DNA of 64,000 bases, from contig JAPKAM010000002.1 in the NCBI GenBank assembly GCA_028825265.1, positions 4,420 to 68,419 on the forward strand, read 5' to 3'. The position numbers were made by a program, and so were the translations under genes. Source of the DNA: Planctomycetota bacterium (lineage in GTDB: Bacteria > Planctomycetota > UBA8108 > UBA1146). Of this stretch, positions 11,035 to 20,582 are shown in pieces; position 1 is the first letter of the stretch, and every line of letters starts with the position of its first letter. The notes below the pieces were generated by a model. The model worked only from the letters and a program-made list of their open reading frames with translations, was not told the origin of the DNA and ran no database searches.

Positions 11035-12837
11035 TCAGTTCTTCTTGCCGAAACGTTGAAGGATCCAGTGAGTCATCTTTTCCAGCACCTCGACCGAAAA
11101 GGTCTCCTCGATCTTCCCATACTCAGACGGTAATCCCGTCTTGCAATGCTGGAACAGGTGATTCAAGCCGGGGAATTCGATCAGTTCGAAATCTTGATTT
11201 TTCCCACGTGTGAGCGCCGAACCGATCGCAGCGAGGTTTTCCTGGCAGGGAACCTGGAGATCGAGGGATCCGTTGATGGCGAGCACCGGACACCGGACTC
11301 TTTCGATGATAAGGGCCGGATCATGGCGAAGAAACCAGCGAATCCATCGGGACTCCAACTCTGCGATCACCCTCGCCACCTCCGCATCCGCTACTGATCC
11401 TTCCGCTAGGTCTTTGAATTCGCGAACCAGTTTTTCGATCTTCGAGCGGGTGGCTGCCGCCGAGATGTCATCTTCCATCACCAAGGCAAACAACTGCCGG
11501 GTGAGTTCTACACTAAGGTCGATCTCTTCGGGGTCGATGATGCCACTGGCCCTGGAGATCAGTTCCTTCTGTTTCAGCAGCAGAAGATCTCCACGAATAC
11601 CGGTACCTGCCATCAAGATGATAAAGGCCACATCCTTGTTTTTCACTGCGGCCAGTGGGGCGATCACGCCGCCTTCGCTGTGTCCTATCAGCCCGATCTG
11701 GTCGCCGTCGATGTCGGATCTCTGTTGCAGATACTCGAATCCACTCAAGACATCTTCGACGAAATCTTCGGTGGTGTCCTGCAGTGGCGTGCTTCCCGAG
11801 GTGGTTTCTCCAACACCTCTGTCATCGACCCTCAGAACCGCAATCCCCTTTCGAGTCAGGTGGTCGGCGATAACGAAGAAGGGACGGTGCTCAAAGATCA
11901 TCTCGTCGCGGTTTTGAGGCCCAGAGCCGGTGATCAGCAGGACGCCGGGGAAGGGCCCCTCTCCCTGGGGAATCGTCAGCGTCCCTGCGAAGGTAATTCC
12001 TGCGGTCTGATTCGAGTATGAAACTTCTTCAGAGCGATAAGGGTAGGGCGGTTTGGGTTCCTGCGGTCGGTGGACTGCGCTGATTTGCTTCACTCGGATC
12101 AGAGACAGGTCAAATTCCGCTGGTCCTTGGAGAAAGGAACCCTTCAGTTCATCTCCGGCGCTGGAAAGGTCCATTTCCAATCGGACGGAAGCTTCACCGA
12201 CACAGATTCGGACCCTTCGTTCCTTGAGATAGTCGACCCGGGTCACCGAGAACTTGGCCGGAGATTGGTCGGGGCTGACCATGAACCCTGAAAATCTGTC
12301 CTCCTTTGTGCGTTCTAGATTCAAGTGGATTCGTAACTCGATGGAGCCCACCGGGAGTACACCCTCCCACGAGTTGGAGAGCGCCTGGGCGACTTCATCA
12401 GGGATGACTGGAGGTGTCGGCTGTCGCTGGCATTGGAGGGACAGCTCGGCCCCGCGTTGTTTCCAGATGCCTTGTAACTCATCGCCCTTCGAGTTCAGTT
12501 TCGCTTCGAAGACTGCGCCGGTGGCGGCCACGGAGATGAACACACCCCCATCGACACCGGTGGAAATGCCACTCAGAGGTCGCCCGATGGAATTCTGAGC
12601 AGGAGTATCGACGGTTCCGTTCCAGCCATTCTCTGTCGACGGATGAATGTGGAAGATCAGTTCGAGGTGTGCTCCATCGGGATCGAGGATCCCTCGCCAC
12701 ACGCCGGCGAGTTCTCGGTCGGTGGCATCGGTCGTTGCGGGTAGGGAAGGGACCATCAGCAGCAAGAAAAAGGCGCCCAGGGCAGAGATGAATTGAAACA
12801 TGAAGGGGAGTGTAGCGTTGCCAGAATCGACCTTCAA
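11035..12837 (-). CDS. Secreted alpha/beta-fold hydrolase (S9/S15/S33-like serine hydrolase) with duplicated N-terminal beta domains
   Basis: LLITGSGPQNRDE; LRVDDRGVG; nucleophile motif GHSEGG; NGSLDLQV; GLNHLFQ; two WxGxL...L repeats before the catalytic domain. Confidence 0.85.
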   Translation of the reverse strand: MKVDSGNATLPFMFQFISALGAFFLLLMVPSLPATTDATDRELAGVWRGILDPDGAHLELIFHIHPSTENGWNGTVDTPAQNSIGRPLSGISTGVDGGVFISVAATGAVFEAKLNSKGDELQGIWKQRGAELSLQCQRQPTPPVIPDEVAQALSNSWEGVLPVGSIELRIHLNLERTKEDRFSGFMVSPDQSPAKFSVTRVDYLKERRVRICVGEASVRLEMDLSSAGDELKGSFLQGPAEFDLSLIRVKQISAVHRPQEPKPPYPYRSEEVSYSNQTAGITFAGTLTIPQGEGPFPGVLLITGSGPQNRDEMIFEHRPFFVIADHLTRKGIAVLRVDDRGVGETTSGSTPLQDTTEDFVEDVLSGFEYLQQRSDIDGDQIGLIGHSEGGVIAPLAAVKNKDVAFIILMAGTGIRGDLLLLKQKELISRASGIIDPEEIDLSVELTRQLFALVMEDDISAAATRSKIEKLVREFKDLAEGSVADAEVARVIAELESRWIRWFLRHDPALIIERVRCPVLAINGSLDLQVPCQENLAAIGSALTRGKNQDFELIEFPGLNHLFQHCKTGLPSEYGKIEETFSVEVLEKMTHWILQRFGKKN

Positions 12838-12857
12838 TCGCCGTGTTTCAAGGCGTG

Positions 12858-13841
12858 CTAGCGGCTAGAGAACCGAATCCATTCTTGTTCGATTCGCTCA
12901 GCAGAAACCGATCCGTCGAAGATGAGCAGTTGATGACGGAAGAAAAGATCCTCTCCCGGCCCGATCAGAAGATCTCCTGCGCCTGCGGGTTTCTTCTCGA
13001 AATCGTGCTGACCAAAGGGATTGGCGGCGAACAGGCCGTAGGTTCGGGCGTGCCACCAGGTCGGGTGTCTCGGATTATCCTCATGATCGAGGAATGCCAC
13101 GGTGACTTGTTGGCCATCCACTGGACCGGAGTAAGCGACCCAGCGAGCTCGTTTTCCCCAGATCTGGCTTCCGGTTTGTCCGTTGGAATTGAATCCATGA
13201 CCGGCGGCCACCGGTCCGTCGATGCGCAGGGTTGGGGTGAGGCGCAGGGCAAAAGTGCCCTCTTTCGTGTCTCCGATCCGAACCGACTCTTCACCACCGG
13301 GCTTCCACAGGCTCCAGATTTCAATCCGGTGGAGGCGATCCTCCACGCGGAAATCATAGGTGCGAATTTCCTCGAGGACTTTTTGATCTCCAGCCATCCA
13401 GTCCAATTTACCGGAGGCCAACAGGATCTTTCCGTCGTCGAGCAGAAAGGAAGACCAGTCTCGTGGGATCTGCTGGGTCTCTTCACCATGCCAGAAATCG
13501 TGGCCATCGATGGAGCCGTGGGCGATCCAACTTCCTGCGTGATGCGGATGATCTTGCTGCTCTCCACTGCCAGCCGCTTCGATCGGATGGCGACGAAGCA
13601 CCATCGATCCGGCAGGAGAATGAATGGGAAACAGGCAGGGACGAGTTCGATCGAGTCTCAAGGTCGAGATGGGACCATCTTTGGATCGGATGACGAGTTG
13701 ATCCTGAGTCTCGTTCCACTGCATCTCGATGCGCGAGGTGGCCGGCGGAGAATCGGTAGAGATGCGGGGGCCACCCGCGCATCCCAGCAGTGATCCGAAC
13801 CCGATGCTCAACAGCAGTGGAGCGACAAGGGCCCTCCTCAC
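12858..13841 (-). CDS. PmoA-family (DUF6807-like) lipoprotein of unknown function
   Basis: Lipobox LLG-C; DHPHHAGSWIAHG...DFW; DHEDNPRHPTWWHARTYGLFAANPFG; start overlaps the topA stop. Confidence 0.75.
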   Translation of the reverse strand: MRRALVAPLLLSIGFGSLLGCAGGPRISTDSPPATSRIEMQWNETQDQLVIRSKDGPISTLRLDRTRPCLFPIHSPAGSMVLRRHPIEAAGSGEQQDHPHHAGSWIAHGSIDGHDFWHGEETQQIPRDWSSFLLDDGKILLASGKLDWMAGDQKVLEEIRTYDFRVEDRLHRIEIWSLWKPGGEESVRIGDTKEGTFALRLTPTLRIDGPVAAGHGFNSNGQTGSQIWGKRARWVAYSGPVDGQQVTVAFLDHEDNPRHPTWWHARTYGLFAANPFGQHDFEKKPAGAGDLLIGPGEDLFFRHQLLIFDGSVSAERIEQEWIRFSSR

Positions 13842-16519
13842 TCGCTGCTTTTCTTCTTGGTGGCTTTCTTGGCGGTTTTCTTTTTAGCGGTCTTCTTCTT
13901 GGCGGTTTTCTTTTTAGCGGTCTTCTTCTTGGCAGTTTTTTTCTTGCCAGTCTTCTTCTTGGTCTTCTTCTTGCCTTTCTTGGCATCGCGTTCGCGCTTG
14001 GCGAGGATGCGTTGGGCCGCCTCGGAGGAGGAGATCTTCTCCGGATCCTGATCCTTGGAGAGAGTGGCATTGGTCTCGCCATCGGTGGCGTAGGGGCCGA
14101 AGCGTCCGTCTTTGATCATGATGGTGGCGCCTTCGAGTTCGATGACGCCTTCGAAGGTTTGGATCGGTGGCTTGGCTGCGGCTCGACCTCGTTGCTTCGG
14201 TTGTGCAAGCAACGCTCGGCAACGCTCTTCATCGACTGCAAACGGATCGTCGTCCTCGGTGAGACTGCGAGTTTCTTTTCCGGCCTTGATGTAGATGCCG
14301 TAGCGACCGTTGAAGACTCGAATTTCTTCACCTTCGCCGGTCGAGCCACAGAGACGACCCTCTTTCAACTGCAGCAGTTGAATCGCAATCTCGGTGGTGA
14401 CATTTTGCGGCTCCATGTCCTTCAGCAGCGATGCGAACTCGGGTTTATCATCCGACTCGGAATCTCCGCGCTGGACATAAGGGCCGAATCGACCGCTTTT
14501 GATGAAGATGGGCTTGCCGGTGGCACTGCATTGGCCGATCGGTTCATCCTTGCGAGCGCCCGCCTCCATGATTTCGCTCATCTTTTTGAGATCGAGATCA
14601 TCGGGGCAGAGTTCTTCGGGAATATTGCCTCGAACCTCGCCCGCTTCCAGATACGGGCCGTAACGACCGACGCGGAGGATGACTTCTTCGTCGCGGAACT
14701 TCCATCGGTCTCCGGCTCCGAAGGGCATCGGATAGCGGCAGATTTGGGCCGGATCGATGGTTTCGAGTCCCGCCTCGAGGAGCCCCTCGAGTCCTTTCGA
14801 TCCGTTTCCAGACCAGAATTCTTTCAGGTACTGCTGACCATTACGTTTCCCCTTGGCAATCTGGTCTAGATCATCTTCCATCTGTTTGGTGAAGCTGTAC
14901 TCGACGATGTGAGCGAAATGCTCCTCCATCAATCTCACCACTGCAAAGGCGGTCCATGTCGGAACCAGCGCCTTGTTCTTTCGGAAGGAGTAAGCCGCCG
15001 ACTGGATCCTGTCGATGATCGCGGCATAGGTACTGGGGCGACCGATGCCGCGTTTCTCCATCTCCTTGATCAATCCTGCCTCGGTGTAGCGGCCAATCGG
15101 CTGGGTGCGGTGCTCTTCTGGCTTCAACTCTGCCACCTCGACGGGCTCACCCACGGTCACCGGTGGTAGGATGGTTTCCTTGGTCCCGGCGGGGTCGACC
15201 TTCATGAAACCCGGACTGTCGATGACGGTGCCTCTCGTCTGATAGCGCGCGGCATCGGCATGGTCTTCTTCGACCTCGATGATGACGGTTCGGCCAGTCG
15301 CAGGTTTCATCTGGCTTGCGACGGTTCGTTTCCATATCAGGTCGTACAGGCGTTTCTCATCCTCGCCGACCTTTTTGGCGACCTCTTCCGGATCGACGAA
15401 ATCCGCCGGACGAATCGGTTCATGTTCCCCTCCGGCACTCCCCGAGAGGGCGTGAAAATTCCGAGGCGCATGTTCGGAGGCACCGAATCGTTGGAGGACC
15501 AGGTTTTCGATCGCTTGCATCGCTTCAGGAGCAAGCACGTAGTTGTCGGTACGGACGTAGGTGATGTAGCCCTTCTGGAACAGCGCATTGGCAGCGCGCA
15601 TCGTCCTGGAAGGGGAATAACCAAGTCGATTACTGGCTTCCTGCTGGAGGCCACTGGTGATGAATGGAATCGGTGGTTTACGGGAGTAGGGCTTCTCTTC
15701 GAGGGAGGAGATGGAAAAGGAGGACGAATTGAAACGGTCTCGTAGGGAGTTTGCTTCATCGCCAGTCAGGACGCGGCATCCTGCCGATTCCTTCTTCAAC
15801 TGGCCGTCGTCTCCGAAATCCTTGCTCTGCGCCACCGACTGGCCACCGAGTCCAAGTAATTTGGTTTCGATGGTGTCGCCGGACCGGGTTCGAAAGACCG
15901 CATCGAGATCCCAGAAAACAGCCGGGATGAAAAGGAGTCTCTCCTTTTCCTTATCGACCAGAAGACGAATCGCCACAGTCTGAACTCGACCCGCGGATAA
16001 GCCCTGGGCAACCTTGCGCCACAATAGATTTGAGACGGGGTAACCATACAATCGGTCCACCAGACGTCTGGCGACCTGTGCTTCGACCAGTTGGGTGTCC
16101 AGTTCCCCTGGCTCAGCGATGGCTTTCTGAAGGGCGCTCTTGGTGATTTGACCGAGGCGAAGCCGTTTGACTGGCATCGTCTTGGGGGGGTTCAGCACTT
16201 GCAGTAGGTGCCAGGAGATCGCCTCTCCCTCGCGGTCGGCGTCCGTGGCGAGGTACAGTTCATCCGCAAGCTTCAATTGCTTGCGGATTGCACTGATGGT
16301 CGATTTCTTGTCCTCGTCGAGGATGTAAATCGCCTCGAAGTCCTTGGTGATGCCGGTGACCACCTGATTGTCCTTCAGCTCCTTGGGAACCTGGCTGGCC
16401 TTTTGCGGAAGGTCACGAATGTGACCGACGCTGGCTTCAACCACGTAGTCTTCACCGAGATACTTCTCGATGGTCTTGGCCTTGGTAGGAGATTCCACGA
16501 TCACTAGCCGTCTCGGCAT
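13838..16519 (-). CDS. topA: DNA topoisomerase I (type IA) with Lys-rich C-terminal tail
   Basis: LVIVESPTKAKTI; ATDADREGEAISWHL; SAGRVQ; catalytic ITYVRTD; GIGRPSTYA; C-terminal GR(Y/F)GPY repeats; KKTAK tail. Start set at ATG 16519 rather than the ORF-track 16588. Confidence 0.97.
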   Translation of the reverse strand: MPRRLVIVESPTKAKTIEKYLGEDYVVEASVGHIRDLPQKASQVPKELKDNQVVTGITKDFEAIYILDEDKKSTISAIRKQLKLADELYLATDADREGEAISWHLLQVLNPPKTMPVKRLRLGQITKSALQKAIAEPGELDTQLVEAQVARRLVDRLYGYPVSNLLWRKVAQGLSAGRVQTVAIRLLVDKEKERLLFIPAVFWDLDAVFRTRSGDTIETKLLGLGGQSVAQSKDFGDDGQLKKESAGCRVLTGDEANSLRDRFNSSSFSISSLEEKPYSRKPPIPFITSGLQQEASNRLGYSPSRTMRAANALFQKGYITYVRTDNYVLAPEAMQAIENLVLQRFGASEHAPRNFHALSGSAGGEHEPIRPADFVDPEEVAKKVGEDEKRLYDLIWKRTVASQMKPATGRTVIIEVEEDHADAARYQTRGTVIDSPGFMKVDPAGTKETILPPVTVGEPVEVAELKPEEHRTQPIGRYTEAGLIKEMEKRGIGRPSTYAAIIDRIQSAAYSFRKNKALVPTWTAFAVVRLMEEHFAHIVEYSFTKQMEDDLDQIAKGKRNGQQYLKEFWSGNGSKGLEGLLEAGLETIDPAQICRYPMPFGAGDRWKFRDEEVILRVGRYGPYLEAGEVRGNIPEELCPDDLDLKKMSEIMEAGARKDEPIGQCSATGKPIFIKSGRFGPYVQRGDSESDDKPEFASLLKDMEPQNVTTEIAIQLLQLKEGRLCGSTGEGEEIRVFNGRYGIYIKAGKETRSLTEDDDPFAVDEERCRALLAQPKQRGRAAAKPPIQTFEGVIELEGATIMIKDGRFGPYATDGETNATLSKDQDPEKISSSEAAQRILAKRERDAKKGKKKTKKKTGKKKTAKKKTAKKKTAKKKTAKKKTAKKATKKKSSE
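13866..13925. repeat. Exact 30-bp tandem duplication within the degenerate 15-bp (KKTAK) array of topA
   Basis: ttcttggcggttttctttttagcggtcttc occurs at 13866-13895 and 13896-13925, flanked by degenerate copies. Confidence 0.9.
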
Positions 16520-16743
16520 GATTTTATCGGCCTCTCTCCGGTGCCGGGCGTACGACTCCGGGTGTTGTCGATAACGGGTACACGGCAATGGGCCTTGGTT
16601 TCAACCCCTTTTTTCTCATGAAGGCCGGTTTTGAAGGCTGGAAACCCCGGTAATCATGGTCATGCTACCGATTGAGCCACTCCCGACAGTATTCTGGATT
16701 TTTATTCCAGAATCGTCGAGGACCCGAGAAAGGGGCGATTCTC

Positions 16744-17559
16744 GTGCCAGAGTTGCCTGAGGTGGAGACCACCCGAAGGGGGATCGCGGAGCGGATCCGC
16801 GGCTGCCGTATCGAGGAAGTGGTGATTCGAAATTCTCATCTGCGTCTGCCAGTTCCAGGTGATCTCGACGAGAAATTGCGTGGATCGACCTTCCTGGAGA
16901 CGAAGCGACGAGCCAAGTACCTGCTGCTGGAAACCACAGCGGGCGAATTGCTGATCCATCTCGGAATGTCAGGAAGCTTGAGGATGGTCGCCGAGGGAGA
17001 TGAAGAGCGCCCTCACGACCATGTCATCTGGTTCCTCGAGGGGGGTCGGCAACTGCGCTATCACGATCCTCGTCGCTTTGGCATCGTCACCTGGGCTGGA
17101 GATGATCCAAGCCAGCACCCGCTACTCAGAAATCTTGGACCGGAGCCGCTCGAACAGGAGCAACTGGGAGAACTTCTATTCCAACGCTCGAGAGGTCGAA
17201 AACTACGCTTGAGAGACTTCCTACTCGATCCGAAGGTGGTTGCGGGGGTCGGTAACATCTATGCCAATGAGGCGGCGTGGCTGGCAGGTATTCGCCCGGA
17301 TCGTCAGTGCGGACGTATCGCTCGGCAGCGTTTCCAACGTCTCGGAGATGCAATCCAGGATGTGCTGTCGAGAGCGGTGATCCAGGGGGGCACCACGTTG
17401 AAAGATTTTGTCCAACCGGACGGTGAACCCGGCTATTTCCAGCATTACTTTGAAGTGTATGGGCGTGAAGGAGAGGCCTGTAGCCGCTGCCAAGGCTCAA
17501 TTCGTAGGGAAGTGAAGGGCCAGCGATCGCTCTTTTTCTGCTCGGGATGCCAGAAGTAG
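16744..17559 (+). CDS. mutM: Formamidopyrimidine-DNA glycosylase / AP lyase
   Basis: N-terminal PELPEVET (GTG start 16744); IHLGMSG; VAGVGNIYANE; C-terminal zinc finger CSRC...CSGCQK. Confidence 0.97.
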   Translation: MPELPEVETTRRGIAERIRGCRIEEVVIRNSHLRLPVPGDLDEKLRGSTFLETKRRAKYLLLETTAGELLIHLGMSGSLRMVAEGDEERPHDHVIWFLEGGRQLRYHDPRRFGIVTWAGDDPSQHPLLRNLGPEPLEQEQLGELLFQRSRGRKLRLRDFLLDPKVVAGVGNIYANEAAWLAGIRPDRQCGRIARQRFQRLGDAIQDVLSRAVIQGGTTLKDFVQPDGEPGYFQHYFEVYGREGEACSRCQGSIRREVKGQRSLFFCSGCQK

Positions 17560-17669
17560 GATCCCGGTCGGGTCCGCTTTCCCCGGCAGCATCAAGATCC
17601 TAGAATCGGGGCATCGAGATGCAAATCACTAGTCACTCCCCGGATGATCCGGGTTGTCAGGAGCGAGCA

Positions 17670-18887
17670 GTGCAGAAGATCAAAGTGGAGAATCCGGTCG
17701 TCGAACTCGACGGAGATGAGATGACCCGCATCATATGGCAGTTCATCAAGGATCGCCTGATCCTTCCCTATGTCGATGTCGATCTGAAGTACTTCGATCT
17801 CGGGGTGCAAAGCCGCGATGAGACCGATGACCAAATCACCATCGATGCCGCCCATGCGATTCTCAAGTACGGCGTAGGGGTCAAGTGCGCCACCATCACA
17901 CCCGATGAACAAAGGGTGGAGGAGTTCAGCCTCAAGAAGATGTGGAGATCGCCCAACGGAACCATACGAAACATCATTGGCGGTACCGTTTTTCGCGAAC
18001 CGATCATCTGCGAAAATGTACCTCGTCTTGTTCCAGGCTGGACCAACTCCATCGTCATCGGCCGTCATGCTCACGGTGACCAGTATCGAGCGACAGATTT
18101 CCTGGTCCCAGGTGCGGGAACGCTGACGATGACCTTTACCCCGAAAGAGGGGGGAGAGGTCCAGAATTACGAGGTGATGCAATTCGACCAACCCGGCATC
18201 GCTATGGGAATGTACAACTACGATGAATCGATCCGCGGGTTCGCTCGTGCTTGCATGAACTACGGATTGAAGCGCAAGTGGCCAGTCTACCTCTCGACCA
18301 AGAACACCATCCTCAAGGCTTACGATGGCCGCTTCAAGGATCTGTTCCAGGAGGTCTTCGAGCAGGAGTTTCAACCCGCCTTCGAAGATGCAGGAATCAC
18401 CTACGAGCACCGACTTATCGATGACATGGTGGCTTGTGCCATGAAGTGGAATGGTGGCTTCGTCTGGGCGTGCAAGAACTACGATGGCGACGTTCAATCG
18501 GACACTGTGGCGCAGGGATTCGGGTCTTTGGGCCTGATGACCAGCGTTCTGATGACTCCCGATGGCCAGACAGTCGAGGCGGAGGCGGCACACGGTACAG
18601 TGACACGCCACTATCGTGAGCATCAGAAGGGCAATCCAACATCGACCAACCCGATCGCCAGCATCTTCGCCTGGACTCGTGGCTTTGCCCATCGGGCACT
18701 GCTCGATGGGAACGAGGACCTTCGGCTGTTCGCATCGGATCTGGAAGATGTCTGCATCGAGACGGTGGAAGCGGGACACATGACCAAGGATCTGGCACTG
18801 CTCATTGGGCCGGAGAATCCATTCATGACCACCGAGGAGTTTCTGACCAAACTGGACGAGAACTTACAGGCCAAGCGAAAGCGCTGA
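17670..18887 (+). CDS. icd: NADP-dependent isocitrate dehydrogenase (homodimeric subfamily II)
   Basis: [13 protein letters not shown]; KCATITPDE; SPNGTIRNI; [13 protein letters not shown]; [13 protein letters not shown] start 17670. Confidence 0.97.
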   Translation: MQKIKVENPVVELDGDEMTRIIWQFIKDRLILPYVDVDLKYFDLGVQSRDETDDQITIDAAHAILKYGVGVKCATITPDEQRVEEFSLKKMWRSPNGTIRNIIGGTVFREPIICENVPRLVPGWTNSIVIGRHAHGDQYRATDFLVPGAGTLTMTFTPKEGGEVQNYEVMQFDQPGIAMGMYNYDESIRGFARACMNYGLKRKWPVYLSTKNTILKAYDGRFKDLFQEVFEQEFQPAFEDAGITYEHRLIDDMVACAMKWNGGFVWACKNYDGDVQSDTVAQGFGSLGLMTSVLMTPDGQTVEAEAAHGTVTRHYREHQKGNPTSTNPIASIFAWTRGFAHRALLDGNEDLRLFASDLEDVCIETVEAGHMTKDLALLIGPENPFMTTEEFLTKLDENLQAKRKR

Positions 18888-18909
18888 AACTCGAGGGAGA
18901 AGAGAACAG

Positions 18910-19599
18910 ATGGTCGATTCTATCAGTGAAGGAATGACCCAGCAGCGCTGGGAGCGGACCCACCAGTACATCGATCAACTGTTCAGTGACGACCCTGAGC
19001 GTTGGGATCGCGAGCATCAAGCTTCACTGGAAGCGGGGCTGCCAGCGATCTCTGTCGGGGCCGGGGTCGGGCGCTGGCTTACCTTGCTCGCGTCGTTGTC
19101 GAGAGACGGGGGAGCGAAGCTGGTCGTGGAAGTGGGGACCCTCGGAGGTGCGAGCGCACTTGCACTGGCACAGGGCCTCTCTGTGGATGGTCGAATCGTA
19201 ACCATCGATGCCTCTCCAGAGCATGCCGAGTTCGCACGGCAGTCGATCGAGCGAGCGGGCGAAACGAGAATCGATGTTCGTCTTGGTGAAGGGTTGGAAC
19301 TACTGCCTCGATTGGTCGAGGAACTGGGAGTGGGTAGTTGTGACCTGTTGTTTCTCGATGCGATCAAGACTGAATATCCGGGATACCTGGAGGCGGGAAT
19401 GCCGCTGATGAGAAGTGGCGGTCTGATCGTTGCAGACAACGTACTGGGTGCTGGAGACGGCTGGATTCCAGATGCCATCGATGGAGAACCGAGTCGGGTA
19501 GCCATCGACCGGTTTAACAGGATGGTCGCCGACGATTCAAGGTTACAGGGAACCATCCTGCCGATGCGTCAAGGTCTACTGGTGGCACGGGTTCTCTAG
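18910..19599 (+). CDS. SAM-dependent O-methyltransferase (Methyltransf_3 / CCoAOMT-like)
   Basis: VEVGTLGGAS SAM-binding motif; FLDAIK; GGLIVADNV. Confidence 0.85.
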   Translation: MVDSISEGMTQQRWERTHQYIDQLFSDDPERWDREHQASLEAGLPAISVGAGVGRWLTLLASLSRDGGAKLVVEVGTLGGASALALAQGLSVDGRIVTIDASPEHAEFARQSIERAGETRIDVRLGEGLELLPRLVEELGVGSCDLLFLDAIKTEYPGYLEAGMPLMRSGGLIVADNVLGAGDGWIPDAIDGEPSRVAIDRFNRMVADDSRLQGTILPMRQGLLVARVL

Positions 19600-19601
19600 G
19601 G

Positions 19602-20549
19602 ATGGTCACGAGCCCGATTCACTATATCGACACTCACACCGCCGGCGAGCCGACCCGTGTGATCATCGGAGGGTTTCCCGATCTCGGTTCTGGCAGCATG
19701 GCAGATCAGAGAGATGTACTTCTACGCGATCATGACTCGCTTCGAGCCGGCATTGTTCGGGAGCCCAGAGGACATGAAGCGATGGTCGCCGCGCTGCTGG
19801 TCGAGAGTTCACTGTCGGACTGTGAGTCGGGTGTGATCTTCTTTAACAATGTAGGGGCTCTCGGAATGTGTGGCCATGGAGCGATGGGGGTTGTTGAAGC
19901 GCTCCGGCACATGGGACGCATCGAATCGGGGAACTGTCAGCTGGAAACTCCTGCGGGAGTCGTCGAGTTGCACCTGGGTGACGACGGCGAAATTGCCCTT
20001 CGCAATCTGTCCAGCCATCGAACTGTGGCAGATTGCACCGTGACTCTCGACGACGGGAACTCGGTGACCGGAGATATCGCATGGGGCGGAAACTGGTTCT
20101 TCATCACCGAGACCCCAGAGATCGAGGTGGATTCGAAACACATCTCTGAACTGACCGAAGCGGCCAGTCGCATTCGTGACGCACTCGATTCGGCAGGAAT
20201 CAGTGGGTCCGACGGTGAGAGAATCGATCACATCGAATTGCATCAGCCATTGCCGCCGGATCAGGGCGCAGGAGTCCGATCCTTCGTCCTTTGTCCGGGC
20301 CGGGAATGGGACCGTTCACCGTGCGGGACCGGTACCAGTGCCACGATGGCGTGTCAGTACCAGCGAGGATCGCTGCAAGAGGGGGACCGCTGGCTCCAGG
20401 TCGGAGTGCTGGGGACTCGCTTCGTGGGGTCCTTCGAGGTGGCAGGCGAAGGCATCGTGCCGACGATTCGCGGGCACGCTTCCTTGTGTGGTGAGGGAAC
20501 CCTGTACTTCCCGCCGGATGATCCCTTCCGGCATGGCATCGACCTGTAA
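19602..20549 (+). CDS. lhpA: 4-hydroxyproline 2-epimerase (proline racemase family)
   Basis: IDTHTAGEPTR; catalytic GMCGHG and DRSPCGTGTSA; Val in EPRGHEAMV and Cys in FVLCPG match Hyp epimerases rather than proline racemases. Confidence 0.88.
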   Translation: MVTSPIHYIDTHTAGEPTRVIIGGFPDLGSGSMADQRDVLLRDHDSLRAGIVREPRGHEAMVAALLVESSLSDCESGVIFFNNVGALGMCGHGAMGVVEALRHMGRIESGNCQLETPAGVVELHLGDDGEIALRNLSSHRTVADCTVTLDDGNSVTGDIAWGGNWFFITETPEIEVDSKHISELTEAASRIRDALDSAGISGSDGERIDHIELHQPLPPDQGAGVRSFVLCPGREWDRSPCGTGTSATMACQYQRGSLQEGDRWLQVGVLGTRFVGSFEVAGEGIVPTIRGHASLCGEGTLYFPPDDPFRHGIDL

Positions 20550-20582
20550 CTGATCCTGCCCTATCCTTCTTTCGGAGGTCCT

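Noticed and set aside
12858-13841. Methane monooxygenase (from the PmoA family name)
   Set aside because: Soluble lipoprotein with no multi-TM pMMO subunit features and no pmoB/pmoC neighbours; the family name is misleading.
13850-13990. CRISPR-like or non-coding repeat array
   Set aside because: No unique spacers; the repeats are in-frame codons of the TopA Lys-rich tail.
17592-18779. 395-aa antisense ORF over icd; similar long ORFs at 3868-5325, 13790-14869, 37266-38222 and 45621-46253
   Set aside because: Shadow frames of strongly codon-biased GC-rich genes; no recognisable motifs, and each lies wholly opposite a confident gene.
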